This document shows positions 38,967 to 49,863 of a stretch of 64,000 nt of DNA, one piece after another (within the stretch, counting starts at the first letter, position 1; each line of letters opens with the position of its first letter). The notes beneath the pieces were generated by a model. The model made no database searches. It saw only the letters and a list, made by a program, of their open reading frames with translations, and had not been told where the DNA came from. Source of the stretch: Candidatus Multivoradales bacterium (GTDB lineage: Bacteria > Acidobacteriota > Thermoanaerobaculia > Multivoradales > Multivoraceae). The stretch is from assembly GCA_965223325.1 (NCBI GenBank), contig CBDCWI010000001.1, positions 1,600,001-1,664,000 of the forward strand. The letters run 5' to 3'. The translations under genes and the position numbers were made by a program.

Positions 38967-39758
38967 GTGACTGACACTCCCCCTCTCTACCGCGAACGCC
39001 GCGCCAACCCGCGGTTTCGCGTCGAAAGGCTCGTCCAGGGCAGCCTGGCGTTGCGGCGTAAGGCCAGCGTCGCCAACCTGAGCATGTCGGGGGTGGCGCT
39101 CGAGTTCCCCCGCCGCCTCGACCCGGGTCGCCTGCATGCGCTACGGCTGCTCAATGTCCACGGGCGCGAGATCGAACTCGGCGCGCGCGTCGTCTGGTGC
39201 CACCTGACTGGGGCAATGCGGGACAGCCCGCCCGACCCAACCTTCCGGGCGGGTCTCGAGTTCGAAGACGTTCTAACGCCCGAGGCGCGTAAGCTGCAGA
39301 TCCTGCTCGAGAGCCGCGCCGACATGACCTTCGACCAGCGGGTTTTCGGTCGCTTCTCGCTCGCCGGCGACCGCGACTGCGAAATCGAAACCATCTACGA
39401 CTTCGAAGTACGCACTGTGAGCGCCGGCGGCATGTGCCTCGAGACGGAAGCGCAGCCCGAGGAGGGCGATATCGTGCCGCTCGAGATCAGTCTGCCGGCC
39501 CAGATCGTACGGCTCGAGGGTCGCGTTACCTATGTGACTCCGCCGAACCGGGTGCGCGAACGCCACGGTCTGCGCGAGGTCGGAATCGCCTACACCCAGC
39601 TACCGCTCGACGACTTCGACCCGCTGATCGAGCTTCTCGAGCACGGCGCGCTCGAAGCCGACCCCAGGACCGAAGCACCTTCCACGCTCGCCGCCGAACC
39701 CGTCGCGGCAAACACTCCTCGCTTCAGCGGGGAGCCGAAGGGCGAGCGGATCACCTAG
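38967..39758 (+). CDS. Tandem PilZ domain protein
   Basis: RRANPR (RxxxR) with NLSMSG, and a second degenerate copy (QRVFGR..TVSAGG). Confidence 0.8.
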   Translation: MTDTPPLYRERRANPRFRVERLVQGSLALRRKASVANLSMSGVALEFPRRLDPGRLHALRLLNVHGREIELGARVVWCHLTGAMRDSPPDPTFRAGLEFEDVLTPEARKLQILLESRADMTFDQRVFGRFSLAGDRDCEIETIYDFEVRTVSAGGMCLETEAQPEEGDIVPLEISLPAQIVRLEGRVTYVTPPNRVRERHGLREVGIAYTQLPLDDFDPLIELLEHGALEADPRTEAPSTLAAEPVAANTPRFSGEPKGERIT

Positions 39759-41008
39759 CCGGGCGCCCCCGCGTCGTGCGCGGCCTCTTCGCCCCTCACA
39801 GAAGCGCCGTCGAGGGCGGAGCGCAGCGCAGCGATCTCCTCCGTTCTAGCGCTTCGCCACTTGCCGACGCGCGACCGGCGGTCGACGGCATCGGGCTCGA
39901 CATGCAGGGAGGTGACGTGTTTCCCGGCCTGGCTGAAAACGTGCACTCGGCCGCGGCCACCTAGAACGACCAGCGTGTCTTCGCGGGTGTCGTAGAGGAT
40001 CTTGCTGTCGGCAGCCTGCGCCAGGTCGGCCAGTGCTTTGTCGGTTGGACGCTCCGGCTGTCGCCGGCGCCTCTCGGCGTGCCGCGTCCGCCGACCACTC
40101 GAGCGCTCGCGCTTGCCGAGCCGCCGCGCCAACCCTTCGAGAAGACCGCCGATGCGGACCGGGGCCTGAACCTGCGCCTTCTCGTTGCCACCGCGAGTGC
40201 TGAGCTCGATCTGGGCGAGCACCGAACGCGCCCAGTCGACTTGTTCCTGCCACGGCGGCAACCCGTCACCCTTCCTGGTCCGACGCACTCCTCCTCCAGT
40301 TTCCCACTGCTCGGCCAGCCGTCGACCTTCTAGCCCCACGCCAACGACGTTCAGGTCGTAGCGTCGCGCACCTCCGCGACGCCCACTCGAAATCACTTGA
40401 AAGGTGACGGCGAGGGACTCACCGCCGGGGAGTTGGTACCAACCGGCCGCCACCTGACCTTCGAGGTGATAGTCGATCTCATCGTCGCGGTAGGCATCGA
40501 GTAGTTCCGCCGTCAGGTGCTCACCGCTCTGCACCGTCACCACCAGCCGTGGTTTGCGCAGAAAGAGTGGGTTGGGATCTTCCCCCTGCTCGAGCAGGTA
40601 TTGCGGCCACTCGACGAACTCGGGGACCCCGGTCGGACCGTAGTGTGAAAAGACCTGCTGAGGCGTCCTGGGCTCCGAGTGTTCGCAGGTCGAGCTCCCG
40701 CAGCGCAGGCAACGAACCCGACCGGGAACGGAGAGCGAGCCTCGAGCCAACAGGTTCTCGACCTCAGCCTGGAGGTCTTCGGCGAGCCGAGCCGACAGGC
40801 GCAAAAGATCTTCACTGCTCGCGCCAACCGGCAGTCGCAGAGTGAGCTGCACCTCTTCGGCATCGGCCGGCGAGGGACGGCGGCCCGATGGGTGCCGCCG
40901 GATACGTTCGTCGAGCTCGGCGACGAGCGCATCGAGGGCCTTCCCCAGCCGGTTCTCGGAGGGCGCTTCAGGACGCTTCTCTGGTCGCTTCTTTGGGCGC
41001 TTCTTCAC
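39755..41008 (-). CDS. Hypothetical protein with CxxC-x4-CxH motif
   Basis: 417-aa ORF fills the gap; CLRCGSSTCEH; no family recognised. Confidence 0.7.
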   Translation of the reverse strand: MKKRPKKRPEKRPEAPSENRLGKALDALVAELDERIRRHPSGRRPSPADAEEVQLTLRLPVGASSEDLLRLSARLAEDLQAEVENLLARGSLSVPGRVRCLRCGSSTCEHSEPRTPQQVFSHYGPTGVPEFVEWPQYLLEQGEDPNPLFLRKPRLVVTVQSGEHLTAELLDAYRDDEIDYHLEGQVAAGWYQLPGGESLAVTFQVISSGRRGGARRYDLNVVGVGLEGRRLAEQWETGGGVRRTRKGDGLPPWQEQVDWARSVLAQIELSTRGGNEKAQVQAPVRIGGLLEGLARRLGKRERSSGRRTRHAERRRRQPERPTDKALADLAQAADSKILYDTREDTLVVLGGRGRVHVFSQAGKHVTSLHVEPDAVDRRSRVGKWRSARTEEIAALRSALDGASVRGEEAAHDAGAPG

Positions 41009-41471
41009 GATTCTTTACGTTCCTAGGAGCCGTCGACAACGGAAGGCAAAGGAGATGTAGGGCCAGACGACCCGTGCCAGCGCCACACGCGGCTTCGCCA
41101 GGAGCCCAAGGCGGGAGGCGGGCCCAGGTGGAGCCCTTCTCGCGCCGCGACTCCCCGATGCAACATAGGCTCAGGCCGCTGAAGGCGAGCGCGATCATCT
41201 TAGGCGTTTCTGTCTCCTGGAGGGGCACTCTCCCCATCGGCTCGATAGACTGTCGCCTGTTCCAGCGCCCGGCTCGAGAGAAAGGACCGCTGGGCAGCTC
41301 TCCAACCGCTTTCCCTCCTCAACATCTGAGGCCACATCCCTGGCCAGGCCAGGTACCTGAAGTCTCGCCGGCAAATGCCAGCCAGCCCGATTCGCGTGCA
41401 GCAACGGCCCGAATCGAGGCGCTCCACCCATCACACCACGATCGACAAACTGTCGACTGCGGACTCCTGCT

Positions 41472-42887
41472 ATGACCACAACGATCTCCTTCTACGCCCA
41501 GGTGAACAAGATGTTCGACCGGGCCGCCAAGCACACCGACTACGACCCCGGCATCCTCGCTCAGATTCGGTCCGTCAACAGCAACTATCGGATGGCCTTC
41601 CCGATTCGCCGCGACGACGGGAGCGTCGAGGTCATCGTCGGCTGGCGCGCGGAACACAGCCATCACCGGCTCCCCACCAAAGGTGGTATCCGCTACGCCG
41701 CCAACGTCAATGCCGACGAGGTGCGCGCCCTTTCCGCACTGATGACCTACAAGTGCGCCATCGTCGACGTCCCTTTCGGCGGCGCCAAAGGCGGGATTCG
41801 CATCTCACGGCACAAGTACTCGACCGCCGAACTCCAGCGCATCACCCGCCGCTTCACGGCCGAGCTGATCGCCAAACGCTTCATCGGGCCCGGCATCGAC
41901 GTTCCCGCCCCCGACTACGGAACCGGCGAGCAGGAGATGTCGTGGATCGCCGACACCTACATGAGTCTCACCCAGGGCGAGCTCAACTCGCTGGCCTGCG
42001 TCACCGGCAAACCCCTCGAGCAGGGCGGCATTCGCGGCCGGCGCGAGGCCACCGGTATGGGTGTCTTCTTCGGGCTCCGCGAAGCCTGCACCGACGAGAC
42101 CGTGATGAGAGAACTCAAAATGCCCCTCGGTCTCGAAGGCAAGACCGTCGTGGTCCAGGGGCTCGGCAACGTCGGTTTCGCGGCCGCCAAGTTCCTCTCC
42201 GAGGCAGGCGCTGTGATCGTTGGCCTGGCGGAGTACGAAGGCGCGGTTCACAACCCGAACGGTCTCGACCTGGAAGCGGTGGTGAGCCACCGCCAGGAAA
42301 CCAAGTCGATTCTCGGCTTCCCCGATGCCCAGGACCTGCCCGAGACCCACGCCGCGCTGGAGCTCGAGTGCGACATTCTGATCCCCGCTGCGCTCGAGAA
42401 CCAGATCACCATCGAGAATGTCGACAACATCAAGGCCCGCATCGTCGGCGAGGCGGCCAACGGCCCAACCACCGCAGACGCCGCACAGCGGCTTCATGAT
42501 CGCGGGGTTCTGGTCATCCCGGACCTCTATCTCAACTGCGGCGGGGTGACGGTGTCGTACTTCGAATGGCTCAAGAACCTCTCGCATGTTCGCTTCGGCC
42601 GTCTGCAAAAGCGCTACGACTCGGCCGCCTATCGGCGCCTCATGGACACCATCGGTTCGGCCACCGGCAAAGTCTTCAGCGAGGAAGAAATCGAAGCCGT
42701 TGCCCAGGGCGCCGGCGAACAGGACCTGGTGCTCTCGGGCCTCGAGGAAACCATGGTCGACGCATACCAGCAAATCCGCACTCGGCAACTCAGCATTGGT
42801 GAAGACTGCGACCTGCGAACCGCCGCCTTTGCGGTCGCGATCGACAAAGTGGCACGCACCTATCAATCGATGGGGATCTTCCCCTAG
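41472..42887 (+). CDS. gdhA: Glutamate dehydrogenase (Glu/Leu/Phe/Val family)
   Basis: PTKGGIRY, FGGAKGG, DVPAPD, QGLGNVG, EAANGP, GGVTVSYFEW. Confidence 0.95.
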   Translation: MTTTISFYAQVNKMFDRAAKHTDYDPGILAQIRSVNSNYRMAFPIRRDDGSVEVIVGWRAEHSHHRLPTKGGIRYAANVNADEVRALSALMTYKCAIVDVPFGGAKGGIRISRHKYSTAELQRITRRFTAELIAKRFIGPGIDVPAPDYGTGEQEMSWIADTYMSLTQGELNSLACVTGKPLEQGGIRGRREATGMGVFFGLREACTDETVMRELKMPLGLEGKTVVVQGLGNVGFAAAKFLSEAGAVIVGLAEYEGAVHNPNGLDLEAVVSHRQETKSILGFPDAQDLPETHAALELECDILIPAALENQITIENVDNIKARIVGEAANGPTTADAAQRLHDRGVLVIPDLYLNCGGVTVSYFEWLKNLSHVRFGRLQKRYDSAAYRRLMDTIGSATGKVFSEEEIEAVAQGAGEQDLVLSGLEETMVDAYQQIRTRQLSIGEDCDLRTAAFAVAIDKVARTYQSMGIFP

Positions 42888-43004
42888 CAGGCCCCGCCTC
42901 GACGCCTAGGACATCCTGAGGTGGGACGCCCAGCGTGCGACCCGGCCCTGGTTGGGGTCGAACCCTCTCGAAACGCTCGCCGCTTACCCTTCGGGCCCTT
43001 CACT

Positions 43005-43946
43005 ATGTTGATCAACATCGCCTTTGTCGTCGTCGGCATCGCTCTCCTCTACTACGGGGGCGAGTGGTTGGTGCGCTCGTCGACCGCGATGGCGGCGGCA
43101 CTCGGCGTCACCCCGTTCGTGATCGCCTGCACCGTCGTCGCCTTCGGTACCTCGGCTCCGGAACTGGCGACCTCGGTGGTGGCGGCATTGCGCGACCAGC
43201 CGGACATCGCGCTCGGTAACGTCATCGGTTCAAACACCGCCAACATCGGCCTGATTCTAGGCGTCGCGGCGTTGATCGCACCGCTGTCTGTCGACCGCCG
43301 GTTGCTGCGACGCGAAGTGCCGTTCATGATCGCCACCGCGTTCCTGTTGACGGGGTTCTGTTTGACCGGCCAGCTCAGCTACCTGCACGCCTTGATCCTG
43401 ACGGCACTTCTAGCTGCCTTTCTGTTCGTGATCATCAAGAGCGGTGAACCGCCGCCGGCAGGCGAAGGGCTCGAAATCCCCGAGCGAGTCTCGCTGGTCC
43501 CCTCGGCCGTTGGCACGGTCGGCGGCACCATCATGCTGGTCTCCGGAGCCTGGTTCCTGGTGCGCGGGGCGAGCGCCATCGCCGCAGCGATCGGCATTCC
43601 CGATGCGGTGGTCTCGCTCACTCTGGTCGCCTTCGGCACCTCGCTGCCCGAGTTGGCCAGCTGTGCAATCGCGGTTCGGCACGGAGACAGCGACTTCGTG
43701 CTCGGCAATGTCATTGGCTCGAACGTCTTCAACACCCTCTTGATCGTGCCTTCGACGGTGGCGCTCAAGCCCTTCGCCACCCCGCCTGCCCTGTGGACTC
43801 CGCACCTCATCGTCATGGTGGCGTTCTCGCTTCTCTTGCTGGTGATCTTCACCCGGCCGAAGATGGGTCGAGCATTCGGGACTGCCTTCCTGGTCGCCTA
43901 TCTCGGCTATGTCATCTGGATCGGAGCGTCGACCCACCTGATCTAG
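43005..43946 (+). CDS. Calcium/sodium antiporter (YrbG-like)
   Basis: Two alpha-repeats: GTSAPEL..GNVIGSN and GTSLPEL..GNVIGSN. Confidence 0.92.
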   Translation: MLINIAFVVVGIALLYYGGEWLVRSSTAMAAALGVTPFVIACTVVAFGTSAPELATSVVAALRDQPDIALGNVIGSNTANIGLILGVAALIAPLSVDRRLLRREVPFMIATAFLLTGFCLTGQLSYLHALILTALLAAFLFVIIKSGEPPPAGEGLEIPERVSLVPSAVGTVGGTIMLVSGAWFLVRGASAIAAAIGIPDAVVSLTLVAFGTSLPELASCAIAVRHGDSDFVLGNVIGSNVFNTLLIVPSTVALKPFATPPALWTPHLIVMVAFSLLLLVIFTRPKMGRAFGTAFLVAYLGYVIWIGASTHLI

Positions 43947-44051
43947 GAGTGGCTCCTGCCACCTCGCGGCGGTTGAACCTGGAGCCCCTCCCCACCGACC
44001 AGGTCCGATATCCTCGCGCTCGAACAAGCGACCAATGGAGAACGCTGCGAA

Positions 44052-46949
44052 ATGAGTGCCCCAGTTCGATCCATGCCATCGTCTGCTAGCGAGATTTCGG
44101 CCTACAGCCCGGGTCGGTTTGCCGGTCGTCACCTCGGGCCGCGCCCTCCCGAGATCGTCGACATGTTGTCGCGGGTGGGCGCCGAGGACCTGAGCGAGCT
44201 CATCGACCAGACGATCCCCGAGGCCATTCGCTTCGCCGGCGCGATCGATCTCCCGGCGCCGCTCGGCGAGCGCCAGGCTCTCGAACGCATGCAGGAGATC
44301 GCCGACCGCAACCAGGTCAAGCGTTCGTTGATCGGCCTCGGCTACCGGCGCGCGATCATGCCGGGCGTCATCCAGCGCAACATTCTCGAGAACCCCGGCT
44401 GGTACACCGCCTACACCCCGTACCAGGCTGAAATCGCCCAGGGACGCCTCGAAGCGCTGCTCAACTTCCAGACCCTGATTCTCGACCTCACCGGCCTCGA
44501 AATCGCCAACGCGTCACTGCTCGACGAGGCCACCGCGGTCGCCGAGGCGATGGCACTGGCGCTAGCGGCCCATCGCGGCAAGCGCACCCGCTTTCTGGTC
44601 GACTCGGGCTGTCATCCGCAGACGATCGAGGTCGTGCGCTCGCGCGCCAGGCCGCTGGGAATCGAAGTCGTCGTGGCCTCACCGGCAGAGCTTCCCATCA
44701 ACGATCAGGCGTGCGGTCTGGTCCTGCAACTACCCACCTCCGACGGTCAGATCGTCGATCCACGCATGATTCTGAAAGCGGCCGGCGAGGCCGGGATCAT
44801 CGGCGTCATCGCCGCCGACCCGATGGCCCTCTGCCTGCTCGAGGCTCCCGGGACCTGGGGCGCCGACGTCGTGGTCGGCAGCACCCAGCGCTTCGGTTTG
44901 CCAATGGGCTTCGGCGGTCCGCACGCCGCCTACTTCGCCACTCGCGACAAGTACCGCCGGCAGGTTCCGGGGCGCATCGTCGGTGTTTCCCAAGATCGAG
45001 ACGGCAACCCCGGGCTGCGCCTCGCCCTGCAGACTCGCGAACAACACATCCGCCGCGACCGTGCAACCAGCAACATCTGTACGGCCCAGGTCCTCCCGGC
45101 GGTCCTTGCGTCGATGTACGCCGTCTACCACGGTCCCGAAGGTCTTCAGCACATCGCCAGCGAACTGCACCGCCTGGCCTGCCGCGTCGCCGATGGCGCG
45201 CAGGCTCTGGGCGTCGCCAGCCGGCACGACACGTTCTTCGACCTGGTACGGCTCGAAACCGGCCCCGCAACCGATGGGTTCCTCGATGAAGCGCTGGCGG
45301 GCGGCTTCAACCTCCGTCGCTTCGATGACTCTTCGGTGGGCATCGCGATGGACGAAGCGAGCACCGACGAAGAGGTCGACCTGCTGCTCGAAACCCTGGC
45401 CACGGCGACCGAACAGAAGGCCGGCAAGGTCAAAGACGGCGGTTCCCGCCTGGCAGCGGAGCTGCTGCGCCAGGGCGCATTCCTCGAGCACGAGGTCTTC
45501 TCGGCCTACCGCTCCGAGACCGACATGCTGCGCTATCTGCATCGTCTCCAGACCCGCGACCTGGCACTCGACACCTCGATGATCCCGCTGGGTTCCTGCA
45601 CGATGAAGCTCAACGCAACAACCGAGATGGCGCCGGTGACCTGGCCGGGGTTTGCTGAGATCCACCCGTTCGCCCCCGCCGACCAGACCGCGGGCTACGG
45701 CGAGTTGATCGACGACCTCGAAACCTGGCTGGCTGAAATCACCGGCTTCGACGCAATCTCTCTGCAACCCAACGCCGGCTCGCAGGGTGAGTACGCCGGG
45801 CTCCTGGTCATTCGCGCGTACCACGAGAGCCGCGGCGAAGGGCAACGCAACGTCTGCCTTATCCCGACCTCAGCCCATGGCACGAACCCCGCGAGCGCCG
45901 TGATGGCCGGCCTCGAGGTCGTGCCCGTAGCTTGCGACGAGAACGGCAACATCGATGTCGACGATCTCGATAGGCGGGCCAAGGAACACGCGGCGAAGCT
46001 CTGTGCATTGATGGTCACCTACCCTTCGACGCATGGCGTCTTCGAGGAGGCCATCCGCGACATCTGCCGAATCGTCCATGACAACGGCGGCCAGGTCTAC
46101 ATGGACGGCGCCAATATGAACGCCCAGGTCGGGCTGTGCCGACCGGGTGACTTTGGAGCCGACGTCTGCCATCTCAATCTGCACAAGACGTTCTGCATTC
46201 CGCACGGCGGCGGCGGGCCGGGCATGGGTCCCATCGGCACCGCGTCTCACCTGACGCCGTTCCTACCGGGTCATCCGCTGCGTGAGACCGGTGGTGAGAA
46301 GGCCATTGGCCCGATCAGCGCCGCACCATGGGGAAGCGGCACCATCCTACCGATTTCGTGGGCTTACATCGCAATGATGGGAAGCGCTGGCCTCACCGAC
46401 GCCTCGCGTATTGCGATCCTGAACGCCAACTACATCGCCAAGCGGCTCGAAGGGCACTATCCGGTGCTCTACCGCGGCCATAACGGCCGGGTCGCCCACG
46501 AGTGCATCCTCGATCTGCGCCCGCTCAAGAAAGCCGGGGTGGAGGTAGAGGACGTCGCAAAACGGTTGATCGACTACGGGTTTCACGCCCCCACCGTCTC
46601 CTGGCCGGTGGCCGGCACCGTCATGGTCGAACCGACCGAGTCGGAGTCGCAGGCCGAACTCGACCGCTTCTGTGACGCGATGATCGCCATCGGCGAGGAA
46701 GCGGCAGCCATCGAGCGTGGAGACGTCGCGCTCGAGCGCAGCGCCCTTCGCAATGCCCCTCATACCGCAGGCTGTCTCCTCGAAGACGAATGGGATGCCG
46801 ACTACACGCGCGAGCAGGCCGCCTTCCCTGCTCCCTGGACCCGCGAGTACAAGTACTGGCCGCCGGTACGACGCGTCGACAACGCCTACGGCGACCGCCA
46901 CCTGGTGTGTTCGTGCGTGGGAATGGAAGCCTTCAGGACCTCCGAGTAG
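44052..46949 (+). CDS. gcvP: Glycine dehydrogenase (decarboxylating), P protein
   Basis: [38 protein letters not shown] (PLP Lys). Confidence 0.97.
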   Translation: MSAPVRSMPSSASEISAYSPGRFAGRHLGPRPPEIVDMLSRVGAEDLSELIDQTIPEAIRFAGAIDLPAPLGERQALERMQEIADRNQVKRSLIGLGYRRAIMPGVIQRNILENPGWYTAYTPYQAEIAQGRLEALLNFQTLILDLTGLEIANASLLDEATAVAEAMALALAAHRGKRTRFLVDSGCHPQTIEVVRSRARPLGIEVVVASPAELPINDQACGLVLQLPTSDGQIVDPRMILKAAGEAGIIGVIAADPMALCLLEAPGTWGADVVVGSTQRFGLPMGFGGPHAAYFATRDKYRRQVPGRIVGVSQDRDGNPGLRLALQTREQHIRRDRATSNICTAQVLPAVLASMYAVYHGPEGLQHIASELHRLACRVADGAQALGVASRHDTFFDLVRLETGPATDGFLDEALAGGFNLRRFDDSSVGIAMDEASTDEEVDLLLETLATATEQKAGKVKDGGSRLAAELLRQGAFLEHEVFSAYRSETDMLRYLHRLQTRDLALDTSMIPLGSCTMKLNATTEMAPVTWPGFAEIHPFAPADQTAGYGELIDDLETWLAEITGFDAISLQPNAGSQGEYAGLLVIRAYHESRGEGQRNVCLIPTSAHGTNPASAVMAGLEVVPVACDENGNIDVDDLDRRAKEHAAKLCALMVTYPSTHGVFEEAIRDICRIVHDNGGQVYMDGANMNAQVGLCRPGDFGADVCHLNLHKTFCIPHGGGGPGMGPIGTASHLTPFLPGHPLRETGGEKAIGPISAAPWGSGTILPISWAYIAMMGSAGLTDASRIAILNANYIAKRLEGHYPVLYRGHNGRVAHECILDLRPLKKAGVEVEDVAKRLIDYGFHAPTVSWPVAGTVMVEPTESESQAELDRFCDAMIAIGEEAAAIERGDVALERSALRNAPHTAGCLLEDEWDADYTREQAAFPAPWTREYKYWPPVRRVDNAYGDRHLVCSCVGMEAFRTSE

Positions 46950-46965
46950 AGGCCGCGGAGGCCTC

Positions 46966-48036
46966 GTGAGACCCGTCTGGTGCAGATCGAGGGCAGGTCG
47001 CCCAACCCTCATCCTGGCTTCGGCAGTCATCTTCGCGGTTTCCGCCCTGGGCTCTGAGACCGAGTGCCTCGTCGACCCGAGAGCTGCCGTCGACTCGCTG
47101 GGTAATCCAGGTCGAGCACTCGACTTTCGCCTCGGCGAGGCCAGCGACCCGAGCCGCGCCCAACACTGGCAAGGCATCCAGCGCCTCGACCAGGACGAGC
47201 ACAGCTTTCTCGTGCTCTCACGTAACGGCATCCCGTGCGCGAACGAACGCGGCTGCGGAGGCTTCGTCGTCGTTCCCATGGGCGACAGAGCCGAGCGCGA
47301 AGTCGTTCTCGAATTCGCCATCGAAGAACCGGAATTCGACCACGCCGGCGGTTTCCAGATCACCGGCGACCTGCTGGCGATAGGGCTCGAACACCGCAAT
47401 CTCCTCTCCCAGGTTCTGCTCTTCGACGTTTCTGACCCACTCGAGCCGCGACGCATCGGCGCGACTCCCAGGCGCCCAGACCAGGGCGCCGGAGCGGTGG
47501 GCCTCCTAAGCCTCCCCTCCGGCTACCTTTCCTTGGCGGTCGGCGGCTGGGACTCGGACCGCATCGACTACTATCGCTCGCGCACCCCTGGCGAGACCGG
47601 CCAGGGCATCGAGTTCGAGCTCGAAGACAGCTGGACCAAAGATGAGCTCGAGATGCCAGAAGGCATCGAAGCGATCGCCTACCAGAACACCAACCTCCTG
47701 AGCGACTGCTCCGGCACCACGTTCCTCGTCGCCACCGGCCGAACCGAAGCCTCAGCGTCCCCTCCCGAAGACCGCATCGACCTGTTCCGCATCGACCAAC
47801 ACGACCAGGACCGCGTACTGACCTGGGTGACCTCACAGGAAGTCCGCTGTCAGGAGGGTGAGCTGGAAGTCTGCAACCTGCGCGCGGCCGCTGGCATCCA
47901 CCTCGAAACCGACGGCACTCTGAGGCTCTATGCCGCCGAACACGAAAACACCGGCGCAGCCACGAGAGGGCAGGGAGAGGTGCGTGTACGCTCCTTCGCA
48001 CCTCAACCTCAGAAGGTAGCCTCCGGAGCAAGTTGA
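46966..48036 (+). CDS. Secreted hypothetical protein, probable beta-propeller
   Basis: Signal-like segment, then HWQGIQRL, HAGGFQ and YQNTNL beta-rich repeats; start adjusted to GTG after gcvP. Confidence 0.6.
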   Translation: MRPVWCRSRAGRPTLILASAVIFAVSALGSETECLVDPRAAVDSLGNPGRALDFRLGEASDPSRAQHWQGIQRLDQDEHSFLVLSRNGIPCANERGCGGFVVVPMGDRAEREVVLEFAIEEPEFDHAGGFQITGDLLAIGLEHRNLLSQVLLFDVSDPLEPRRIGATPRRPDQGAGAVGLLSLPSGYLSLAVGGWDSDRIDYYRSRTPGETGQGIEFELEDSWTKDELEMPEGIEAIAYQNTNLLSDCSGTTFLVATGRTEASASPPEDRIDLFRIDQHDQDRVLTWVTSQEVRCQEGELEVCNLRAAAGIHLETDGTLRLYAAEHENTGAATRGQGEVRVRSFAPQPQKVASGAS

Positions 48037-49235
48037 AGACCCCCGCCTCGGTCTGGGGTGTCGAGTCGGAAGTATGGCGCCGTGAGAGAGTCGACGGCAT
48101 GAGTCACAATCGACCCGAGGACATGACAGAGCGCGAATCATCGGTCGACAGCTGGAAGACCCTCCATCAGATCGTCGCCGCCGCAGAGCGCGATCTCTCT
48201 CCAGAAGCCTGGAACTACCTCGCAGGCGCCAGCGAAACCGAGACTTCTGCGCGCCGCAATCGACTGGCGCTCGACGCCCTCGCGTTTCGCCCGCGCGTGC
48301 TGTGCGATGTTTCATCGATCGACACGACTGGCAAGCTGCTCGGCCACTCGCTGCGGCTTCCGGTAGTGCTCGCACCGATCGGTTCGAGCCAGCTGTTCCA
48401 CCCAGGCGGTGGCAGTGCCGCAGCGGCCGGCGCATCTGACTTCGGAACCCTGTCGTTCGTGAGCTCGCACAGCGAACCGGACTTCGAAGAGGTCGCCGGA
48501 TCGGCGGACGGGCCGAAGGTCTTCCAGCTCTACCTGCTCGGTCCCGAGGAGTGGATGAACGAACGCATCGAGCGTGCGATCGCGGCGGGTTACTGCGGCT
48601 TCTGCCTGACCGTCGACACGCCGGTCCTCAGTCGGCGCGAACGGGACTGGTTGACCAACTGGTCGATTCCCTCGGGGACCGAGGCGGGTGACTTCGGCTA
48701 CCAGGCCCGGATGACCTGGGATCTCGTCGAGCGATACAAGACGCGCTTCGACCTGCCGCTGGTGCTCAAGGGCATTGCCACCGCCGAAGACGCCCGTCGC
48801 GCCTGTGACCTCGGCGTCGACGTCGTCTACGTCTCCAACCACGGCGGGCGGCAACTCGACCATGCTCTGGGCGGCGCCGAGATGCTCCCGGAGATCGTCG
48901 AGGCCGTCGCCGGTCGCGCCGAGGTGGTGGTGGACGGCGGAGTCTTGCGCGGCTCCGACGTCGTCAAGTTGCTCGCCCTCGGTGCCGACGCAGTGGGCTG
49001 CGGGCGGCTCTACTGCTTCGGCCTGGCGGCGGCAGGTGCCGCCGGAGTTCTCCGCACGCTCGAGATTCTGCGCTTTGAAGTCAAAACCACCCTCGCCCTT
49101 CTCGGCGTCAGCTCCCCTGGCCAGCTCAATGCAAGTCACTTGACGCACGCGGCGCTCGCACCGGTGCGCGGCGCCGAGCCCCACATCTCGCGGGCGTTCC
49201 CATTTCTCGAGTTCAGCCGCACGCGCTTCGACTGA
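48033..49235 (+). CDS. FMN-dependent alpha-hydroxy acid oxidase/dehydrogenase
   Basis: FRPRVL, TVD, LKGI, SNHGGRQLD, DGGVLRGSD. Confidence 0.93.
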   Translation: MKTPASVWGVESEVWRRERVDGMSHNRPEDMTERESSVDSWKTLHQIVAAAERDLSPEAWNYLAGASETETSARRNRLALDALAFRPRVLCDVSSIDTTGKLLGHSLRLPVVLAPIGSSQLFHPGGGSAAAAGASDFGTLSFVSSHSEPDFEEVAGSADGPKVFQLYLLGPEEWMNERIERAIAAGYCGFCLTVDTPVLSRRERDWLTNWSIPSGTEAGDFGYQARMTWDLVERYKTRFDLPLVLKGIATAEDARRACDLGVDVVYVSNHGGRQLDHALGGAEMLPEIVEAVAGRAEVVVDGGVLRGSDVVKLLALGADAVGCGRLYCFGLAAAGAAGVLRTLEILRFEVKTTLALLGVSSPGQLNASHLTHAALAPVRGAEPHISRAFPFLEFSRTRFD

Positions 49236-49242
49236 CCAGGGT

Positions 49243-49863
49243 TCAAAGAGCCGGGCGGATCTCGACCGGAACCCTTCTCGACTCCTCCCAGGCCTCGACC
49301 GCGGGAACCTGCTCGAGCAGGAAACCGAACGGGTCGATGCCTTCGAGCAGGCAGTGGCGCGCGAAGGGATCGATCTCGAAGCTCGTCGTCTCACCGCCCG
49401 GCAGTTCGACTCGAGAAGTCTCGAGATCGATCGCCACCCGTACCGCCGGATCGTTCTCGACCGCCTCGAGAAGCGCCTGCCACACTGCCGGCTCGAGAGT
49501 CACGACCAGCAGACCGTTCTTGAGGGCATTGTTGCGGAAGATGTCGGCAAAGCGCGTCGACAAAACCGCCTTGAACCCACCGGCCAAAAGCGCCCAGGGC
49601 GCATGCTCACGTGATGACCCGCAACCAAAGTTGTCGCCAGCGAGCAGAATCTCGGCTCCCTGGTACTCCGGACGGGCTAGCGGAAAGTCCGGCTGGTCGC
49701 GCCAGTTCGAAAACAGCCCTTCGGCCAGACCCGACTTGTCGACGATCTTGAGGTAACGCGCCGGGATGATCTGGTCGGTGTCGATGTCCTGGATCGGCAA
49801 CGGCACGACCGTCGACTCGACCCGGCGCACCTGACTGCTGGCAGTTTCCCGGTCGCTCGTCAT
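49243..49863 (-). CDS. leuD: 3-isopropylmalate dehydratase small subunit
   Basis: DIDTDQIIPARYL, NFGCGSSREHAPW, FADIFRNN; start overlaps the leuC stop. Confidence 0.96.
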   Translation of the reverse strand: MTSDRETASSQVRRVESTVVPLPIQDIDTDQIIPARYLKIVDKSGLAEGLFSNWRDQPDFPLARPEYQGAEILLAGDNFGCGSSREHAPWALLAGGFKAVLSTRFADIFRNNALKNGLLVVTLEPAVWQALLEAVENDPAVRVAIDLETSRVELPGGETTSFEIDPFARHCLLEGIDPFGFLLEQVPAVEAWEESRRVPVEIRPAL

